DNA from: a virus
Direction: 5' to 3' (one strand)
Virus record (IMG/VR): IMGVR_UViG_3300050821_003995
Coordinates: 31,022 to 95,021 of that record
DNA length: 64,000 nt
Shown here: positions 28,251 through 37,398 of the stretch, in pieces
Position numbering within the stretch: position 1 is the stretch's first letter
Layout of the letters: each line of letters starts with the position of its first letter
Position numbers and translations under genes: made by a program
The notes under the pieces: generated by a model
Database searches by the model: none
What the model was told of the DNA's origin: nothing
Seen by the model: only the letters and a program-made list of their open reading frames with translations

Positions 28251-28994
28251 GTGACCAGCAAGCTTGAAAATGAACTGATCAAGAAGACCAAATTTGAAGC
28301 CCCAAAGGGGGGCTATGATGATCGGCAAGATCATCTTGCGGCTTTGGCCCGCACCGGCAACAAGCTGACCGACGCGCAGTTCGACAAACTTACCGATGAT
28401 GCCGCGAACTGGGTCACCGACGCGATCAAGGCCCTCAACGGCAAACGTGAAATTGAGGAGTTCAGTGACTATAAGGATGACGAAGCAGGTGAAAGCGCTG
28501 ACGAAGCTGGCGATGACGAAGCTTCTGCAAGTGGCGACGATGAAGCCACCGAGGCCGATGACAGTGACGGCGCTGAAGCTGATAGTGGGGATGATGCGGA
28601 CGCCGAGAGTGAAAACGAAGCGGCGGAAGCAGCGGCGGATGCCAAGTCCGCTAAGCGCAAGACAGCTAAAAAGGCTGGGGCTACCGATAAAAAACCCGAA
28701 AAGCCGTTACGGGAAAACTCGCCGAACAAAAGGCCAAAGCTGAGGGACTACAGCGGCGTTGACGCTGCCAAGAAGGACCGCTTTGGGGTGGTGATTGGCA
28801 CCAAGACCCATGATGCCATCAAGATGTACGAAGTCGGTTGTACCTCCACTGAAATCAAGAAGGAGCTAGATGGGCGGTTTTACAACATCCTCAAAGTCAT
28901 GGAGGACAAGGGCCACCGGGTGGAGCGGTTCCCTGGCGGCAAATTCAAGCTAACGCATCGTGAAGATTTGCCCAAAGCCAAAGGCAAGAAGTAA
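28251..28994 (+). CDS. Acidic/basic low-complexity protein with C-terminal wHTH
   Basis: DRFG..GTK...A..MY..G.T..EIK.EL...NIL..KGH.V matches 12608 ORF. Confidence 0.7.
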   Translation: MTSKLENELIKKTKFEAPKGGYDDRQDHLAALARTGNKLTDAQFDKLTDDAANWVTDAIKALNGKREIEEFSDYKDDEAGESADEAGDDEASASGDDEATEADDSDGAEADSGDDADAESENEAAEAAADAKSAKRKTAKKAGATDKKPEKPLRENSPNKRPKLRDYSGVDAAKKDRFGVVIGTKTHDAIKMYEVGCTSTEIKKELDGRFYNILKVMEDKGHRVERFPGGKFKLTHREDLPKAKGKK

Positions 28995-28995
28995 C

Positions 28996-29274
28996 ATGGG
29001 CAAAGCCGACGAAATGGTGGCACGCAAGCGCCACAACAAAGCCGTCATGGACCTGCCGGCCACGTTCTGCAATACGGTAGAGTTCAACTTAAGCGAATTG
29101 GGGCTACGCTTCACCTTTGGGGAGCTGCCACTAATTGACGGTGAGGAAGCAACCTATCGAGTTGCTATATTCATACCTGCTTCAATGGTAGCCGGCATGA
29201 GCCAAACCCTGGTCAAAATTCAACAGGATCAAGCAGCCAAGCAGCAAAAGGCCAAAGATGCTCTACAAAACTAA
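28996..29274 (+). CDS. Hypothetical (DUF3467-like)
   Basis: FCN......LRFTFGE pattern. Confidence 0.45.
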   Translation: MGKADEMVARKRHNKAVMDLPATFCNTVEFNLSELGLRFTFGELPLIDGEEATYRVAIFIPASMVAGMSQTLVKIQQDQAAKQQKAKDALQN

Positions 29275-31297
29275 AGCGGGCGGCAGGACCCTATATAAAA
29301 GCCGCCCGCTGCTGCTCAGCCCCCAGCAAGCCTATACGCGCCCCAGCCCCGGCAAAGCGTGGTTCATGACCACAACTAGCGTCTGGCGCGTGGACGAAAT
29401 TATCAAGCGCAGAGTACGTGATTGGCGACGCCTGACTGGTGAAACAGGGCATGACGGCGAACGATCAGAAACCATGAGGGCAGATCATGACTCGGTTTAC
29501 ACCGGAACGCATAGCGTATTCCCGGCACCTTTGGTGGAGTGGATTCTTCTGCGGTATGGCGGCGCTTCTGGTGGCCGAATTCTTGATGCTTTTGCTGGTG
29601 GTCCTCCGCGTGGTCTAGTAGCCACAATCATGGGATATTCCTATGTAGGTTTTGAAATTCGACAGGAGCAGATCGATGAGAATTGTAAGACCCTCAAAGA
29701 GCTTCAACTCGAAGGCGCACGGTATATCTGTGGCGATGGGCGCTATTTACAGCCGCAGGAAGACCTTGGTACCTTTGATGCGGCTATCACGTGTCACCCG
29801 GCAGACACAAAAATTACGACCGCATCAGGCATCAAACCAATTGATGCTGTCACTACCGACGACTGGGTCTTCACTCACACAGGAAGCTTCAAACCAGTCA
29901 CCGAAAAACTGATTAGGCACTATGACGGTAAGCTTTACTCATTCTATCGTGACTACAAAGATTTACCTTTACGTGCCACAGCAGAACATCCCCTTTTGAT
30001 AAGCAGACGTGGTTTTGTCAGTTGGACACGTGCCGATGAAGTACAGGTAGGGGATTGTCTCCTGGAACCAGTCAAACACGAGCCTAGAATAAAAATTGAC
30101 GGTGGCCTTATATGGAAACATACCTACCCAGTCGGACGCAGCGGCCGGAAATTACGTGGGCGTGACAAAGTCTACGCAACCAAAGATGTGCTTCGTCTAA
30201 TAGGTTACTTCCTTGCCGAAGGAAACACAAACAATAGAACAGTGCATTTTGCATTTAATGCAATAGAAAATAAATATAAAGCAGAAGTTGTGCGTTCATT
30301 TCGACGGACATTTTTTAGCAACACCTCTCTAAAAATTGCACGTAAGACCACTCACAGTATAGAAGGTCATAGTTCGGCAGCAGCACAATTCTTTGACGCC
30401 AATTGTGGGCGCGGGGCATCTAACAAGCACTTTCCTGGGTGGGTATGGGGCTGCTCTGATAAGTACCTTACAGAACTGCTTAAAGCTCTTTGGAATGGTG
30501 ATGGATGGATGGAACGAAATAGCCCATCACAATTGGGGCACACGCGGTTCGGTTATGCCACCGTATCAGAACAATTGGCAGAGGATATTCGTCATCTGTT
30601 AATACGGTTAGGTGTAGTCCCCTCAGTAAGGGTCAGACCGCCACGGGCCAAAGGTCTTTTCACAGATGGAAAATATCACGTTTTCAAATCAGTACTTCCC
30701 CAATACAATCTAACAGTGAGGGGAATATATGCAGATAAACTTGCTCAGATATTGGGGGTTAGAATACAAAAATCAAAAACGAAACGAAGGCCATCCCGTA
30801 GCCCACAACTCACAAAAGATTATGTGCTATACCCAATTCGTTTAATAACCAAACGAAGGGTTAGTAATCTCCAAGTGTTTAACTTAGAGGTTGCCCACCA
30901 CCATTCCTACGTTGCTGATGGGGTATGTTCTCATAATTGCCCGCCATATTTCGATCTCGAAAAGTACAGTGACCGGGCCGACGACCTCAGCAACCTCGCC
31001 ACCTACGAACAATTCAACTACGGAATGTTTGCTACCGCTTTGGCCCACAAAGCCCTGATGAAGCCCGGTGCCTTTGTGTGCATTGTGGTGGGTAATTTCA
31101 GGGACAAAGAAGGCGAACTCATAGATTTTAGGGCACATACGGTTGAGAACTTCCGAGAGGTTGGTTTTGTGTTTTGGCAGGACATCATTCTGAGCAAGAA
31201 CTTCGGCAGCGCTGCGCAACGCAGCACCAACTCCTGGAAAGGGCACAAGCTCGTGCCCATTCACGAACACCTACTCATTTTTCGTCAACCGGAGTAG
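29258..31297 (+). CDS. Amino-DNA methyltransferase (N4/N6 family) with intein
   Basis: SVFP, LDAFAGG (motif I), VGFEI, T|CPPY (motif IV) after intein removal. Confidence 0.88.
   Translation: MLYKTKAGGRTLYKSRPLLLSPQQAYTRPSPGKAWFMTTTSVWRVDEIIKRRVRDWRRLTGETGHDGERSETMRADHDSVYTGTHSVFPAPLVEWILLRYGGASGGRILDAFAGGPPRGLVATIMGYSYVGFEIRQEQIDENCKTLKELQLEGARYICGDGRYLQPQEDLGTFDAAITCHPADTKITTASGIKPIDAVTTDDWVFTHTGSFKPVTEKLIRHYDGKLYSFYRDYKDLPLRATAEHPLLISRRGFVSWTRADEVQVGDCLLEPVKHEPRIKIDGGLIWKHTYPVGRSGRKLRGRDKVYATKDVLRLIGYFLAEGNTNNRTVHFAFNAIENKYKAEVVRSFRRTFFSNTSLKIARKTTHSIEGHSSAAAQFFDANCGRGASNKHFPGWVWGCSDKYLTELLKALWNGDGWMERNSPSQLGHTRFGYATVSEQLAEDIRHLLIRLGVVPSVRVRPPRAKGLFTDGKYHVFKSVLPQYNLTVRGIYADKLAQILGVRIQKSKTKRRPSRSPQLTKDYVLYPIRLITKRRVSNLQVFNLEVAHHHSYVADGVCSHNCPPYFDLEKYSDRADDLSNLATYEQFNYGMFATALAHKALMKPGAFVCIVVGNFRDKEGELIDFRAHTVENFREVGFVFWQDIILSKNFGSAAQRSTNSWKGHKLVPIHEHLLIFRQPE
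29792..30937 (+). mobile_element. Intein (382 aa) with LAGLIDADG endonuclease
   Basis: CHPADT start, TAEHP block B, IGYFLAEG and LWNGDG, VFNLEV..HSYVADG..SHN|C. Confidence 0.92.
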
Positions 31298-31300
31298 CCT

Positions 31301-31579
31301 ATGTCTGACACCTTCAAATGTCCCGCATGCGGCTTTGGCAGCATGATGGTAATGGACAGCCGGCCCTCCAAAGTTGGTGAGGAACCGGCCGTGCGCAGGC
31401 GGCGCAAGTGCAAGAACTGCGATACCCGAATAACCACCTATGAAATTGCCGGTGCACAGGATATTGAAGACCTGAGATTTTCATTGGGACGTATCATAGG
31501 GTTGGCCCGCAATGCCCAAAGTGCTTTGACCATTCTGCTGGATCAATATGAACCCCTGAGAGCAAGGCTTGACCGATGA
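31301..31579 (+). CDS. NrdR-like Zn-ribbon regulator
   Basis: CPACG...VMDSR...VRRRRKC.NC..R.TTYE; lacks ATP-cone. Confidence 0.75.
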   Translation: MSDTFKCPACGFGSMMVMDSRPSKVGEEPAVRRRRKCKNCDTRITTYEIAGAQDIEDLRFSLGRIIGLARNAQSALTILLDQYEPLRARLDR

Positions 31580-32061
31580 GATTAATTGACCTAACCGGGC
31601 AAAAATTTGGTTTGTTAACTGTCCTCAAGCGTGGGCCAAATGCTACCGGTCACCATACTAGATGGTGGTGTCGTTGTGAATGTGGAAGTAAAAGCCTGAT
31701 ACAGGCTGTTTCACTACGAAGCGGTGATTCTACTGCTTGTGATGCCAACATACATCGGAAAGGGAATAATAAAACCCATGGGTACAGTAAGACAAAAACC
31801 TATTATGTCTGGTGGTTTATGATCCAACGTTGTCACAATGAGAATGTGCCATGTTTTGAGCGCTATGGTGGACGAGGAATTTACGTTAGCCAAAGATGGA
31901 TTAAATTTGAGAATTTCCTTGCTGATATGGGACCAAAGCCGGAAGGCTTAACATTGGAACGGATTGACAACGACGGCCCTTACAGTCGTAAAAATTGCAA
32001 ATGGGCCACCAATGCAGAACAACAACTAAATAAACGTCCTAAAAGAAAGAAAATAACATGA
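31576..32061 (+). CDS. HNH homing endonuclease
   Basis: DLTGQKFG.LTV, CRCECG, YGGRGI, DMG.KP..LERIDNDGPY..NCKWAT. Confidence 0.88.
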   Translation: MRLIDLTGQKFGLLTVLKRGPNATGHHTRWWCRCECGSKSLIQAVSLRSGDSTACDANIHRKGNNKTHGYSKTKTYYVWWFMIQRCHNENVPCFERYGGRGIYVSQRWIKFENFLADMGPKPEGLTLERIDNDGPYSRKNCKWATNAEQQLNKRPKRKKIT

Positions 32062-33092
32062 ATAGAACTGAGTTGGTGGCAAAATTAGAACTTGTGAGCT
32101 ACGCCCTTGCACAAAATAATCTTGTCCCGGTATTTGAATGTTTCTGTTTCAACACAAAGACAGTAAGTTGTTATAACGATGCACTTGCCATTATTGCGCC
32201 GTGCAAAACCAAGGATGCCTTTGCGGTCAATGGCAGCACGCTGTTGGGGCTGCTGAAAAACAGTCATGCGGACGAAGTTGAATTCTCAATTGAGAACAAA
32301 GAGGACGTCAGCATCAAAACCGGTAAGAGCCGCTTCAAGCTGCCCTATTTCACCAAGAATGAGTTCTTGTTTGAACCGGTAGATGATACTTGGGACAACA
32401 GCCTGCCAATTGACGAAGCTTTTCTGAAAGGGCTTGAAGCGTGCCTGTTGACCTCCTCACGTGACTTGGCCCAACCCGCATGGCTAGGCGTGAGCCTTCA
32501 GCCCAAGGGCAAGCGCATGGCACTGTATTCCTGTGACGGTGATGGTGTCACCCGGCACGTAACCGGCACCAAGGCCACGGACGTGACCGCCATGCTGCCA
32601 AACGCCTTTTGTGAGGCTGTGCTCCGTACCTGCAAAGAGACCGACTGCAAAACCGGCACCTTGAGTATCAACGCTGATTGGGCCAAGGCTGACCTGGGGG
32701 CCTATATCATCCTGGGGCGCTTGATTGAAATATCTACCCCAGTTGATTTTGAACATGAGATTGAGAACACCTTGAAGGGTGAGCCTGCGTTCATACCGCT
32801 GCCCAAGGGGCTGGATCACGCGCTATCACGTGCGCGGGTCATTGCCGATCCTGAAAGTGCCAAAACGTCGCTAGAAGTAGGTGAGGGTAAGCTTTACCTT
32901 TATACAGAAACACAAATGGGTTTGGTCAAGGACGTATTGCCGTGCCCCAAACACGCAGAGGTGACTGCCGACGTATTTGCCGCCATGGTGCAACGCGCCA
33001 TTGGCTTGTGTGACGAAATTGCAATCCTGGACGGCTGCACCGTATATAGGCAAGGTGAAACGCTGTTTATGGTTGTGAGCAACATGGGGTAA
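32058..33092 (+). CDS. DNA sliding clamp (beta-clamp-like)
   Basis: 344 aa beta-clamp-like pattern (L.GV.L, ALYSCDG, ALSRA.VIA); upstream of polymerase and DnaX. Confidence 0.7.
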   Translation: MNRTELVAKLELVSYALAQNNLVPVFECFCFNTKTVSCYNDALAIIAPCKTKDAFAVNGSTLLGLLKNSHADEVEFSIENKEDVSIKTGKSRFKLPYFTKNEFLFEPVDDTWDNSLPIDEAFLKGLEACLLTSSRDLAQPAWLGVSLQPKGKRMALYSCDGDGVTRHVTGTKATDVTAMLPNAFCEAVLRTCKETDCKTGTLSINADWAKADLGAYIILGRLIEISTPVDFEHEIENTLKGEPAFIPLPKGLDHALSRARVIADPESAKTSLEVGEGKLYLYTETQMGLVKDVLPCPKHAEVTADVFAAMVQRAIGLCDEIAILDGCTVYRQGETLFMVVSNMG

Positions 33093-33096
33093 AGCC

Positions 33097-33372
33097 GTGG
33101 TCGAAGAACCAGCAGAGACCATTGAACGACTCAAAGTACAAGTAGCCAAGTTGACGGCGCGCGTAGCCGAACTTGAGTTTTACCAAGACGAACTTAGGCG
33201 TGAATTGGAAGTTGGAGTGCAAAAGCTTCCTTTCCATCTTACCCCCATGCACGGGCTTATTGCTGCTTTGTTTCTTAAACATCGAAATACTGTTCTAAGC
33301 AAAGAGGCCATTTGGCTGCATCTGTACGGGGCACCACCCCCGAACAAGCCAAAGCCGCTGCTGACGCGCTAG
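33097..33372 (+). CDS. Coiled coil + truncated OmpR/CtrA-type wHTH
   Basis: LTP....I..LFL.H...VLSKEAIW.HLYG; ends before recognition helix. Confidence 0.5.
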   Translation: MVEEPAETIERLKVQVAKLTARVAELEFYQDELRRELEVGVQKLPFHLTPMHGLIAALFLKHRNTVLSKEAIWLHLYGAPPPNKPKPLLTR

Positions 33373-33381
33373 CGGCTTAAT

Positions 33382-36300
33382 ATGGGATTCTTTTTTACCA
33401 AGTCACGCCCCGGTAAACGTACTGGCGCGGGTGCTGGTAGGGCCGTTTCAGCCGGTATGCCCCCTAGCCGGGCCAAGCAAACGGCCACCACGCTAGCGCG
33501 CCTGGGCTGTTCTGGTTGCCCACTCAATAACGCCCCCGTAATCACCCCAAAAATGACCCCAACTCTGGTAAAAGGTGGCCAAATCTACTTTCTCGCTGAA
33601 GCACCTGGAAGAGACGAGGATGAGCGCACCGGCAAACCACTGACCGGCCCGTCGGGTCAATTGCTGCGTGAGTGCATACCTGATGATTGGGAAGGTGAGT
33701 GTTCGTTCGATAACGTCATAAATTGCCGGCCACCCAAAAACCGCGACCCTGCATGGCAAGAAATTGAGTGCTGCCGACCACGCCGAGTCAAGTATATTGA
33801 ACAGGCCAAACCACGGCTTATTATTGGGCTTGGGGCAGTTCCTCTCCAAGCTGTCCTAGGTTCTCAAGACCTGAAGGGGATGCGAGGGCGGATTTTTGCC
33901 GTCAAGTTTGGTTCCCATTCATGTTGGTTCCTCCCCACCTATCATCCGTCGTTTATCCTGCGTGTGGCCAAAAACAAGGCAAAGCCTCTCAATAGCCTGA
34001 TGGGACATTGCTTCAGGATGGACATACGCAAGGCGTTTGAATTGGTTGAAGGGCTTGAACCGCCCCATATTGACGATGAAAAGGAAATACGTTCAAACAT
34101 ACAGTGTTTTGATGGCTCCAAATCAAGCCACATCCAATCAGTCATTGACTTGCTCTACGAAGCCCGCAAAGCCCCAATCAAAGCCGTAGATATTGAGACC
34201 AAGGGTTTACGGCCCTACAAGGCCAGTGCAGCCATCATGACGGCTGCTATAAGCTTCAAAAATACGAATTTTTCCTTCGCGTTGGATCACCCGAAAGCTG
34301 TGTGGCCTGACCATGTGAAACCAAAACTCCGCGTCCTCCTCAAAAGCCTGCTCAAAGATGACACTATTAAAGTAGCGCATAACGCACCGTTTGAGATTGA
34401 ATGGTTCATCTGGTATTTGGGCCGAGACATAATCAACCATGGGGCTTGGCACTGCACGCAGATGCAGGCTCACTTCCTGGATGAACGCCGGGGCAAATCC
34501 CGCAGCAATGAGGAGAGCGACCGACGCGCCGCCTATCAGGCGTTGGATTTTCTGTGCAAGCAGCATTTTGGCTTCACCTACAAATCGCTGTTCAAGCTCG
34601 ACAAGAAGGATATGTCTAAATCACCCTTGGGTGAGACCCTACTTTACAATGGGGTGGACACCAAGATTACGCTGCGGCTGCATCACCGGCAAGTGAAGCT
34701 TCTCAAACAGTTTGGATTGTACGACGCGTACATTGAAGCGCTGCCACGGCAGTCCAGCGTAGCCATGATGCAGTTCTTAGGCGTGCCGGTAGATCAGGCA
34801 GAGGTCAAAAAAGCACAGAAGAAGCTTGGCCCTGAGATCAAACAAATTGAGGCTGACATTGCCGGGCTGAAAGTGGTCAAAGCCTATGAGCGCGATCACG
34901 GCAAGTTTGAGCCATCCAAAAACGAACAGATTATCACTGTTTACAAGGATTACCTTAAGCGGACTGAGATTGAGGTTCAGCCTGAGCGCTATGAGGCCCA
35001 TGATTTCAACAAATCATCTGAGAGCAAACGCCGCTTTGATGACAAAGGTGGCACCAAGTATTCGGTGGACAAAAATGTACTTGAGCAAATTGACCATCCA
35101 TTGTCCCAATTGGTGATTGACTTCCGCAACCGCAGCAAATTGTTATCCACTTACGTTGATGAACTGGAACTGGGCAAAGGTTCATTAATTTACCCAGACG
35201 GATTGCTTCATCCAAATTTTAATACCACTTTCACAGAGACAGGGCGAACATGCGTCGCTGGCAATACTATTTTGGATACAACAAAGGGCAGTTTTGAAAT
35301 TAAGAATTTGGACTTGACAACAAAGCACAAAAATGCCCACATTAAAACCCATGCGGGAAAAACGTGTAGAATTGAAAAATTATGGTACAAAGGCAAAGAG
35401 CCAATGTATCAGTTACAATTCGCTAACGGGAGCCACATTACTTGCACTGCAAGGCACCGGCTTCTCACGCCAACTGGTTGGTTGTTTGCAAACGACATCA
35501 GGGTTGGCCAGAAAGTATCAACTTCAAACAGTTTCAAGAATGGACATTTCCAACCAAGAGCAATTAAAAGCATTTGGAGAGCGCCGCCAAAATATAAGAA
35601 TTCTCTCCGAGAGAGACTTTGTGTGGGTGATGCTGTTGCATTGCTACCCCTTGGTATCATTAGAAAAACATACAGGGATAACATTCAAGATCCTGAATTA
35701 TTCCCGTTATTGGCATCGTCACAAATATCAAGCAGCGCTCAAGTTTGTCATCAGCAGAAATTACGCTGCAACCGTATTTGGGAATACACGCGGAGCCAGA
35801 AAACCCAGAGAAAAATTGAATGCAGTTTTGCTTCAGAATCTTTTAATGAAAGGGATGGCGTACGAAGCAATTGCAGCCGAAATGAATACTTCTGTCTTTA
35901 TGATAAAACGAAATATAGTGTACTACGGTCTCAATGGCGGTTCTCCGTTACCTCACCGGTTTGGCCAAATGGCAGAACTGGAATTATCAATCATGGAAGA
36001 ACTAGCACCGGGGCTTCGAGAAGTTATAAGTCCACAACACTATTACAAAGACACAGTGCAAGCTTCATTTATGCTCTACAAAGCCTTTCTAAGTGGAGTT
36101 CTTTTGATAGAAAAAATCAGGCGCCTGGGGCACAGTATTGCATGGCAACAAAATGTACGAGCACCGGAGGTTTGTTGGTCCAAGAACTTAGGCGAAGCGA
36201 GAATAGCCAAATTTCTGTTGGACGAAAATATAAAACACCATCGTCAGTGGCCATTCATAACAGCAGATGGCCCACGTCAGGCAGATTTCTATCTGCTAAA

Positions 36301-37398
36301 ATTAGGAGCAGTTGTCGAAATAGATGGACAGCAACATGCTTGGCAATCAAACAGACAAAAGGACAAGGTACGTCAGCAAACCTTGGCCTCTATGAAGATA
36401 CCTATTTTCAAGATGTCCGATTTGCAAGCCTTACACAACTCGAAAGCAGCAATGGAAACAATTTTGGAACAACTGCCCTTACGTCCATCAAATATGTGGG
36501 TGTGCAAGATGTATGGGACATCACGGTCGAAAGAGATCACAGTTACGTGGCTCAAGGCTTGATCCACCACAACAGTTCGGATGATCCAAACGCCCAGAAT
36601 TGGCCCCAAAGGAATGATGCTTGGGTGCGCAATCAAATAGCTGCGCCTGATGGCTACACACTAGTAGCCTTTGACTACGGGCAATTGGAAGCTTGCACGG
36701 TTGCCATGTGCTCCAAAGACAAGGTATTGGTCAAGGCATTGTGGGAAGATTACGATATTCACTACGAATGGGCTGAACGAACCGCTTACGAATACCCACC
36801 CATCATAGGGGGCACCAAATTCATAAAAGACAAGGACGTGATGAAAAAGTTTAGATCGAGAATTAAGAACAAATTAGTGTTCCCCGCAATATTTGGTGCA
36901 CAGAACTCATCTATTGCAGCTTACCTTGATATCCCCGAGGAACACGTTGATGTTCTAATGCGTGAATTTTGGAAAACCTTCCACGGCCTTTATGAGTGGC
37001 AAGAACGCTTGATGAAACAATACTGGGAAGTGGGCTGGGTTGAGACATTGAATGGCAGGCGCCGTCACTACCCCATGACCCGCAATCAAGCGATAAACGA
37101 TCCCGTGCAGGGCACCGCTTGCGAAATTGTATGTGATAGCATGAATGTATTATCCGAAACTGCCGCAAGAACCAGCCAATGGCATCTACACCCAATTCTT
37201 AACATTCATGATGATCTGACAATGTGTATCCCCGATGATGACAAGATCTTAGAAAAAGCAATCAAGGACGTATATACGGTTATGCTCAGCCCACCTTACA
37301 ACTTTATCAATGTACCTTTATCGGTTACCTGCTCTGTAGGCAAACATTGGTACAAAATGACCGAAATAGATAAATACTGGTCACACCGAGATGTCTAG
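33382..37398 (+). CDS. polA: Family A DNA polymerase with N-terminal UDG family-4-like domain, 3'-5' exonuclease and intein
   Basis: EAPG, CRPP, YHPS (UDG); DIET, HNAPFE, YN.VD (exo); TGRT|SS.DPN.QN, DYGQLE, R..K..VF..IFG, IHDDL. Confidence 0.93.
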   Translation: MGFFFTKSRPGKRTGAGAGRAVSAGMPPSRAKQTATTLARLGCSGCPLNNAPVITPKMTPTLVKGGQIYFLAEAPGRDEDERTGKPLTGPSGQLLRECIPDDWEGECSFDNVINCRPPKNRDPAWQEIECCRPRRVKYIEQAKPRLIIGLGAVPLQAVLGSQDLKGMRGRIFAVKFGSHSCWFLPTYHPSFILRVAKNKAKPLNSLMGHCFRMDIRKAFELVEGLEPPHIDDEKEIRSNIQCFDGSKSSHIQSVIDLLYEARKAPIKAVDIETKGLRPYKASAAIMTAAISFKNTNFSFALDHPKAVWPDHVKPKLRVLLKSLLKDDTIKVAHNAPFEIEWFIWYLGRDIINHGAWHCTQMQAHFLDERRGKSRSNEESDRRAAYQALDFLCKQHFGFTYKSLFKLDKKDMSKSPLGETLLYNGVDTKITLRLHHRQVKLLKQFGLYDAYIEALPRQSSVAMMQFLGVPVDQAEVKKAQKKLGPEIKQIEADIAGLKVVKAYERDHGKFEPSKNEQIITVYKDYLKRTEIEVQPERYEAHDFNKSSESKRRFDDKGGTKYSVDKNVLEQIDHPLSQLVIDFRNRSKLLSTYVDELELGKGSLIYPDGLLHPNFNTTFTETGRTCVAGNTILDTTKGSFEIKNLDLTTKHKNAHIKTHAGKTCRIEKLWYKGKEPMYQLQFANGSHITCTARHRLLTPTGWLFANDIRVGQKVSTSNSFKNGHFQPRAIKSIWRAPPKYKNSLRERLCVGDAVALLPLGIIRKTYRDNIQDPELFPLLASSQISSSAQVCHQQKLRCNRIWEYTRSQKTQRKIECSFASESFNERDGVRSNCSRNEYFCLYDKTKYSVLRSQWRFSVTSPVWPNGRTGIINHGRTSTGASRSYKSTTLLQRHSASFIYALQSLSKWSSFDRKNQAPGAQYCMATKCTSTGGLLVQELRRSENSQISVGRKYKTPSSVAIHNSRWPTSGRFLSAKIRSSCRNRWTATCLAIKQTKGQGTSANLGLYEDTYFQDVRFASLTQLESSNGNNFGTTALTSIKYVGVQDVWDITVERDHSYVAQGLIHHNSSDDPNAQNWPQRNDAWVRNQIAAPDGYTLVAFDYGQLEACTVAMCSKDKVLVKALWEDYDIHYEWAERTAYEYPPIIGGTKFIKDKDVMKKFRSRIKNKLVFPAIFGAQNSSIAAYLDIPEEHVDVLMREFWKTFHGLYEWQERLMKQYWEVGWVETLNGRRRHYPMTRNQAINDPVQGTACEIVCDSMNVLSETAARTSQWHLHPILNIHDDLTMCIPDDDKILEKAIKDVYTVMLSPPYNFINVPLSVTCSVGKHWYKMTEIDKYWSHRDV
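35251..36573 (+). mobile_element. Intein (441 aa) in PolA with non-protein-like central region
   Basis: CVAGNT start, CTARH block B, VWDITV..HSYVAQG..HHN|S; inserted in TGRxSS motif. Confidence 0.9.
35540..36562 (+). CDS. Nested +1-frame ORF: HTH + DUF559/Vsr-like endonuclease
   Basis: MAYEAIAAEMNTS...IKR HTH; E.RIAKFL...RQ..ADFY..AVVEIDG..H..KDKVR..L. Confidence 0.8.
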   Translation: MDISNQEQLKAFGERRQNIRILSERDFVWVMLLHCYPLVSLEKHTGITFKILNYSRYWHRHKYQAALKFVISRNYAATVFGNTRGARKPREKLNAVLLQNLLMKGMAYEAIAAEMNTSVFMIKRNIVYYGLNGGSPLPHRFGQMAELELSIMEELAPGLREVISPQHYYKDTVQASFMLYKAFLSGVLLIEKIRRLGHSIAWQQNVRAPEVCWSKNLGEARIAKFLLDENIKHHRQWPFITADGPRQADFYLLKLGAVVEIDGQQHAWQSNRQKDKVRQQTLASMKIPIFKMSDLQALHNSKAAMETILEQLPLRPSNMWVCKMYGTSRSKEITVTWLKA

